Positions 35,277-40,000 of a stretch of DNA of 40,000 nt are shown one piece after another (position 1 is the first letter of the stretch; each line of letters opens with the position of its first letter). This DNA comes from Escherichia coli. Lineage in GTDB: Bacteria > Pseudomonadota > Gammaproteobacteria > Enterobacterales > Enterobacteriaceae. The stretch lies in NCBI RefSeq assembly GCF_003180995.1, contig NZ_CP029579.1; one strand, written 5' to 3'. The notes under the pieces were generated by a model. That model was not told where the DNA came from. It worked only from the letters and a program-made list of their open reading frames with translations, and did not search any database. The position numbers and the translations under genes are program-made.

Positions 35277-36038
35277 ATGATTTTAAGTGCATTTTCTCTC
35301 GAAGGTAAAGTTGCGGTCGTCACTGGTTGTGATACTGGACTGGGTCAGGGGATGGCGTTGGGGCTGGCGCAAGCGGGCTGTGACATTGTTGGCATTAACA
35401 TCGTTGAACCGACTGAAACCATCAAGCAGGTCACGGCGCTGGGGCGTCGTTTTTTAAGCCTGACCGCCGATCTGCGAAAGATTGATGGCATTCCAGCACT
35501 GCTGGATCGCGCGGTAGCTGAGTTTGGTCATATTGATATCCTGGTGAATAACGCCGGATTGATTCGGCGCGAAGATGCTCTCGAGTTCAGCGAAAAAGAC
35601 TGGGACGATGTCATGAACCTGAATATCAAGAGCGTATTCTTCATGTCTCAGGCAGCGGCGAAACACTTTATCGCGCAAGGCAATGGCGGCAAGATTATCA
35701 ATATCGCGTCAATGCTCTCCTTCCAGGGCGGGATCCGTGTGCCTTCTTATACCGCATCAAAAAGCGGCGTGATGGGCGTGACGCGATTGATGGCGAATGA
35801 ATGGGCTAAACACAACATTAATGTTAATGCGATAGCTCCGGGTTACATGGCAACCAACAATACTCAACAACTACGGGCAGATGAACAACGTAGCGCGGAA
35901 ATTCTCGACCGCATTCCAGCTGGCCGTTGGGGACTGCCGAGTGACCTGATGGGGCCGGTAGTGTTCCTTGCCTCCAGCGCTTCAGATTATGTGAATGGTT
36001 ATACCATTGCCGTGGATGGCGGTTGGCTGGCTCGTTAA
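35277..36038 (+). CDS. kduD: 2-dehydro-3-deoxy-D-gluconate 5-dehydrogenase (SDR family)
   Basis: 253 aa. The SDR motifs are VTGCDTGLGQG, NNAG and YTASKSG. It is recognised as E. coli KduD. Confidence 0.93.
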   Translation: MILSAFSLEGKVAVVTGCDTGLGQGMALGLAQAGCDIVGINIVEPTETIKQVTALGRRFLSLTADLRKIDGIPALLDRAVAEFGHIDILVNNAGLIRREDALEFSEKDWDDVMNLNIKSVFFMSQAAAKHFIAQGNGGKIINIASMLSFQGGIRVPSYTASKSGVMGVTRLMANEWAKHNINVNAIAPGYMATNNTQQLRADEQRSAEILDRIPAGRWGLPSDLMGPVVFLASSASDYVNGYTIAVDGGWLAR

Positions 36039-36060
36039 TTCATTTCTCTTACTTTTATGA

Positions 36061-36085
36061 CCCTGCCGCATGGCAGGGTTTTTTA
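36061..36085 (+). terminator. Intrinsic terminator of kduID
   Basis: CCCTGCC-GCAT-GGCAGGG stem-loop followed by TTTTTT. Confidence 0.8.
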
Positions 36086-36253
36086 TACCTGTAGATCATC
36101 ATAATCCATATCATGGTTATGAAATAATCCATATCAATTATCAATTAATGAACTTTATGAGTTTTATCTGCTTTAAAATTAGGTGGTTAATAATAATCTC
36201 AATTATTCAACTTAATTTGAAAATTGGAATATCCATCACATAACGACATGTCG

Positions 36254-36291
36254 TAGCAATTTAATCCATATTTATGCTATTTCCGACCTGA
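36254..36291 (+). promoter_or_regulatory. AraC binding site (araI-like) of the araE promoter
   Basis: TAGCAATTTAATCCATA matches the AraC half-site pattern TAGC-N7-TCCATA (compare araI1, TAGCATTTTTATCCATA). A weaker second half-site follows (TATGCTATTTCCGACCTGAC), placed just upstream of araE. Confidence 0.6.
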
Positions 36292-36352
36292 CACCTGTGT
36301 GAATTGTTCACGTATTTTTTCACTATGTCTTACTCTCTGCTGGCAGGAAAAA

Positions 36353-37771
36353 ATGGTTACTATCAATACGGAATCTACTTTAACGCCACGTTCTTTGCGG
36401 GATACGCGGCGTATGAATATGTTTGTTTCGGTAGCTGCTGCGGTCGCAGGATTGTTATTTGGTCTTGATATCGGCGTAATCGCCGGAGCGTTGCCGTTCA
36501 TTACCGATCACTTTGTACTGACCAGTCGTTTGCAGGAATGGGTGGTCAGTAGCATGATGCTCGGCGCAGCAATTGGTGCGCTGTTTAATGGTTGGCTGTC
36601 GTTCCGCCTGGGGCGTAAATACAGCCTGATGGCGGGGGCCATCCTGTTTGTGCTCGGCTCGATAGGGTCCGCTTTTGCGACCAGCGTAGAGATGTTAATC
36701 GCAGCTCGTGTGGTGCTGGGCATTGCTGTCGGGATCGCGTCTTACACCGCTCCTCTGTATCTTTCTGAAATGGCAAGTGAAAACGTTCGCGGTAAGATGA
36801 TCAGCATGTACCAGTTGATGGTCACTCTCGGCATCGTGCTGGCGTTTTTATCCGATACAGCGTTCAGTTATAGCGGTAACTGGCGCGCAATGTTGGGGGT
36901 TCTTGCCTTACCGGCAGTCCTGCTGATTATTCTGGTGGTCTTCCTGCCAAATAGCCCGCGCTGGCTGGCGGAAAAGGGGCGTCATATTGAGGCGGAAGAA
37001 GTGTTGCGTATGCTGCGTGATACGTCGGAAAAAGCGCGAGAAGAACTCAACGAAATTCGTGAAAGCCTGAAGTTAAAACAGGGCGGTTGGGCACTGTTTA
37101 AGATCAACCGTAACGTCCGTCGTGCTGTGTTTCTCGGTATGTTGTTGCAGGCGATGCAGCAGTTTACCGGTATGAACATCATCATGTACTACGCGCCGCG
37201 TATCTTCAAAATGGCGGGCTTTACGACCACAGAACAGCAGATGATTGCGACTCTGGTCGTGGGGCTGACCTTTATGTTCGCCACCTTCATTGCGGTCTTT
37301 ACGGTAGATAAAGCAGGGCGTAAACCGGCTCTGAAAATTGGTTTCAGCGTGATGGCGTTAGGCACTCTGGTGCTGGGTTACTGCCTGATGCAGTTTGATA
37401 ACGGTACGGCTTCCAGTGGCTTGTCCTGGCTCTCTGTTGGCATGACGATGATGTGTATTGCCGGTTATGCGATGAGCGCCGCGCCAGTGGTGTGGATCTT
37501 GTGCTCTGAAATTCAGCCGCTGAAATGCCGCGATTTTGGCATCACCTGCTCAACGACGACAAACTGGGTGTCGAATATGATTATCGGCGCGACCTTCCTG
37601 ACACTGCTTGATAGCATTGGCGCTGCCGGTACGTTCTGGCTCTACACTGGGCTGAACATTGCGTTTGTGGGCATTACTTTCTGGCTCATTCCGGAAACCA
37701 AAAATGTCACGCTGGAACATATCGAACGCAAACTGATGGCAGGCGAGAAGTTGAGAAATATCGGCGTCTGA
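36353..37771 (+). CDS. araE: Arabinose:H+ symporter (MFS sugar porter)
   Basis: The 472-aa protein from ATG 36353 begins [50 protein letters not shown]. It has the MFS sugar-porter motifs GRKYSL and PESPRW-like NSPRWL, and is recognised as E. coli AraE. Confidence 0.95.
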   Translation: MVTINTESTLTPRSLRDTRRMNMFVSVAAAVAGLLFGLDIGVIAGALPFITDHFVLTSRLQEWVVSSMMLGAAIGALFNGWLSFRLGRKYSLMAGAILFVLGSIGSAFATSVEMLIAARVVLGIAVGIASYTAPLYLSEMASENVRGKMISMYQLMVTLGIVLAFLSDTAFSYSGNWRAMLGVLALPAVLLIILVVFLPNSPRWLAEKGRHIEAEEVLRMLRDTSEKAREELNEIRESLKLKQGGWALFKINRNVRRAVFLGMLLQAMQQFTGMNIIMYYAPRIFKMAGFTTTEQQMIATLVVGLTFMFATFIAVFTVDKAGRKPALKIGFSVMALGTLVLGYCLMQFDNGTASSGLSWLSVGMTMMCIAGYAMSAAPVVWILCSEIQPLKCRDFGITCSTTTNWVSNMIIGATFLTLLDSIGAAGTFWLYTGLNIAFVGITFWLIPETKNVTLEHIERKLMAGEKLRNIGV

Positions 37772-37777
37772 TTTCAC

Positions 37778-37811
37778 GGGCCGGATGTGCTGTACATCCA
37801 GCCCTTTTTTC
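37778..37811 (+). terminator. Intrinsic terminator of araE
   Basis: GGGCCGGATGT...ACATCCAGCCC imperfect stem followed by TTTTTT. Confidence 0.7.
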
Positions 37812-37899
37812 GTTAATAGAGATTGGGCACCTGGCCGTTGAGGCGTTTGTCTCGTTCCTTATTCAGCCTTGTTGCGGTAACACACATCAGGAGAGAGGA

Positions 37900-38592
37900 A
37901 TGAAAACAATTGGTTTGCTGGGAGGAATGAGCTGGGAATCCACCATTCCTTACTATCGTTTGATAAATGAAGGTATTAAACAGCGGCTTGGTGGGCTTCA
38001 CTCTGCGCAAGTGCTGCTACATAGCGTCGATTTTCATGAAATAGAAGAGTGCCAGCGTCGCGGTGAGTGGGACAAAACCGGGGATATTCTGGCTGAGGCG
38101 GCGCTTGGCTTACAGCGGGCGGGCGCAGAAGGTATTGTGTTATGTACCAATACGATGCACAAAGTGGCGGATGCCATTGAGTCTCGTTGCTCTCTGCCTT
38201 TCTTACACATAGCGGATGCCACTGGACGTGCAATTATCCGGGCTGGAATGACTCGTGTGGCGCTGCTGGGTACGCGTTACACCATGGAACAGGATTTTTA
38301 TCGCGGGCGGCTGACGGAACAATTTTCCATCAACTGTCTCATTCCTGAAGCGGATGAACGGGCGAAAATTAATCAGATTATTTTTGAAGAACTGTGTCTG
38401 GGGCAATTTACCGAAGCGTCACGCACTTATTATGCGCAAGTGATTGCTCGCCTTGCAGAACAGGGCGCACAGGGCGTTATTTTTGGCTGCACAGAAATTG
38501 GTTTACTGGTGCCAGAAGAGCGCAGTGTTCTGCCTGTGTTTGATACCGCGGCGATCCATGCCGAGGATGCTGTCGCTTTTATGCTGTCGTAG
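37900..38592 (+). CDS. ygeA: Asp/Glu/hydantoin-racemase-family amino-acid racemase
   Basis: 230 aa. The protein begins [24 protein letters not shown] and carries the conserved Cys-containing motifs LCTNTMH and FGCTEIG. It is recognised as E. coli YgeA. Confidence 0.9.
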   Translation: MKTIGLLGGMSWESTIPYYRLINEGIKQRLGGLHSAQVLLHSVDFHEIEECQRRGEWDKTGDILAEAALGLQRAGAEGIVLCTNTMHKVADAIESRCSLPFLHIADATGRAIIRAGMTRVALLGTRYTMEQDFYRGRLTEQFSINCLIPEADERAKINQIIFEELCLGQFTEASRTYYAQVIARLAEQGAQGVIFGCTEIGLLVPEERSVLPVFDTAAIHAEDAVAFMLS

Positions 38593-39514
38593 CTGACGAC
38601 AAAATAGCGTCAAGAGAAGTGACCAGTTTCGGTAATCCCGCTTGTAAATGCTCACTAAACGCCTGCACCAGCGCTGATGACGGGCGGTGCAGGGGGCGGA
38701 TCAGGCTGACGGTGAACGGAACCGCAATACTGAACCGCCGCACCACTAAACCGCTTGCCGCATAATCCAGTGCGGTGAGCGGGTTAACCACCGAAACACC
38801 TACCCCCGCCCGTACCATTGCGCAGACTGACGCGGCGCTGTGGGTTTCTACGATCATGCGTCGTTTAACCTGATGTTCAGTAAACAATTGATCCAGCAAC
38901 TGGCGATAGCTGTCAGTACGGGAAAGGCTGATGTAGTTCTCACTGTGAAAATCTTCTGGCGTTAATATCTCTTTTGCCGCCAGCGGATGACCCGGAGGTA
39001 ACACACACACTTCATCTAAAGAGAGTAATTCGGTACGTTCTGTTCCCGCAGGCGTATGGAGTGTCTCAGTGAGTCCTAAATCATGACGCTGGGCCGAGAG
39101 CCACTCTTCAAGTAGCGGTGATTCCTGGGGCACGATATTTAAGCTGACATCGGGATAACGTGCCAGAAAGGGTTGCAGGAGCTGCGGTAAAAAAGATTGC
39201 GAAAAGACCGGCAGGCAGGCAATAGACAGTTCTCCCTGGCGAAACTCGCGCAGACTTTCTGCGGCGCTGACAATGCGATCCAGTCCGTACCAGGATCGTT
39301 GCACTTCTTCAAACAGACGCAGTCCTTGCACGGTAGGATGCAATCGTCCACGTACGCGCTCAAACAATTTCAGCCCGATCACCTTCTCAAAGCGCGCCAG
39401 TTCGCGGCTGACAGTTGGCTGTGAGGTGTGTAGCAGGTGTGCCGCCTCAGTCAGGCTTCCGGCGGTCATTACCGCATGAAAAATTTCAATATGACGTAAG
39501 TTAACGGCGGCCAT
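38579..39514 (-). CDS. lysR: LysR-type transcriptional activator of lysA
   Basis: 311 aa. The N-terminal HTH is [38 protein letters not shown]. It is divergent from lysA. Confidence 0.93.
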   Translation of the reverse strand: MAAVNLRHIEIFHAVMTAGSLTEAAHLLHTSQPTVSRELARFEKVIGLKLFERVRGRLHPTVQGLRLFEEVQRSWYGLDRIVSAAESLREFRQGELSIACLPVFSQSFLPQLLQPFLARYPDVSLNIVPQESPLLEEWLSAQRHDLGLTETLHTPAGTERTELLSLDEVCVLPPGHPLAAKEILTPEDFHSENYISLSRTDSYRQLLDQLFTEHQVKRRMIVETHSAASVCAMVRAGVGVSVVNPLTALDYAASGLVVRRFSIAVPFTVSLIRPLHRPSSALVQAFSEHLQAGLPKLVTSLDAILSSATTA

Positions 39515-39635
39515 TAGCGCTCTCTCGCAATCCGGTAATCCATATCATTTTTGCATAGACTCAACATAAATCGATATTTTTTATTCTTTTTATGATGTGG
39601 CGTAATCATAAAAAAGCACTTATCTGGAGTTTGTT

Positions 39636-40000
39636 ATGCCACATTCACTGTTCAGCACTGATACCGATCTCACCGCCGAAAATCTGCTGCGTTTGCCCGC
39701 AGAATTTGGCTGCCCGGTGTGGGTCTACGATGCGCAAATTATTCGTCGGCAGATTGCAGCGCTGAAACAGTTTGATGTGGTGCGCTTCGCACAGAAAGCC
39801 TGTTCCAATATTCATATTTTGCGCTTAATGCGTGAGCAGGGCGTGAAAGTGGATTCCGTCTCGTTAGGCGAAATAGAGCGTGCGTTGGCGGCGGGTTACA
39901 ATCCGCAAACGTACCCCGATGATATTGTTTTTACGGCAGATGTTATCGATCAGGCGACGCTTGAACGCGTCAGTGAATTGCAAATTCCGGTGAATGCGGG
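39636..40000 (+). CDS. lysA: Diaminopimelate decarboxylase (5' part only; runs off the window)
   Basis: ATG 39636 begins MPHSLFSTDTDLTAENLLRLPAEFGCPVWVYDAQIIRRQIAALKQFDVVRFAQKACSNIHILRLM, recognised as the E. coli LysA N-terminus. The frame is open to the window end. Confidence 0.9.
   Translation, partial: MPHSLFSTDTDLTAENLLRLPAEFGCPVWVYDAQIIRRQIAALKQFDVVRFAQKACSNIHILRLMREQGVKVDSVSLGEIERALAAGYNPQTYPDDIVFTADVIDQATLERVSELQIPVNA

Noticed and set aside
1-40000. Search for CRISPR arrays, IS elements, transposases, an integrase next to glyU, prophage genes or toxin-antitoxin/defence modules
   Set aside because: I saw no regularly spaced repeats, no transposase- or integrase-like ORFs, and no terminal inverted repeats. 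All large ORFs are accounted for by core genes or ETT2 genes.

Overview
This window is Escherichia coli chromosome, reverse-oriented relative to the K-12 map. The conserved, G+C-rich flanks are xdhA-ygeR-glyU on the left (1-3618) and yqeG-yqeF-kduI-kduD-araE-ygeA-lysR-lysA' on the right (about 31.4-40 kb). Between them lies a roughly 27.5 kb AT-rich island inserted next to tRNA-Gly(CCC) glyU. I recognise it as ETT2, the E. coli type III secretion system 2, which is an SPI-1/Mxi-Spa-type injectisome locus. Here it is nearly full length, whereas K-12 keeps only remnants. One tightly coupled + strand block runs eivF-eivG-eivE-eivA-eivC-eivI-eivJ-epaO-epaP-epaQ-epaR-epaS. A second + strand block runs eprH-eprI-eprJ-eprK-orgA-like-orgB-like. 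The island also carries regulators and accessory genes: etrA, ygeK, ygeH, yqeI/yqeJ, yqeH, the SicA-like chaperone ygeG, the IagB-like transglycosylase pbl, and ygeF, ygeI and yqeK. An intact secreted GH15-type glycosidase gene sits beside glyU. ETT2 itself is a described system, so the points worth a second look are details read directly from the sequence. (1) epaS (SctU) has no canonical start codon; ACG sits where Spa40 and SpaS have their initiator Met. (2) A small lipoprotein gene immediately after etrA looks like an InvH-type pilotin and has a 1-nt frame break in its signal peptide. (3) epaO contains a strong internal SD plus an in-frame ATG at codon 203, which predicts a separately translated SPOA fragment. 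(4) There are no translocon, effector or invB genes, although a translocator-class chaperone is retained. (5) The YgeK receiver domain has Gly at the phospho-acceptor position. (6) yqeI and yqeJ form an overlapping ToxR/ToxS-like pair. (7) YqeH has a Cys-rich N-terminus. (8) Matching direct-repeat boxes lie upstream of eivF and eprH. I saw no CRISPR array, IS element, integrase or rRNA. All homology statements come from my own recognition of protein families and sequences, since no database search was possible.
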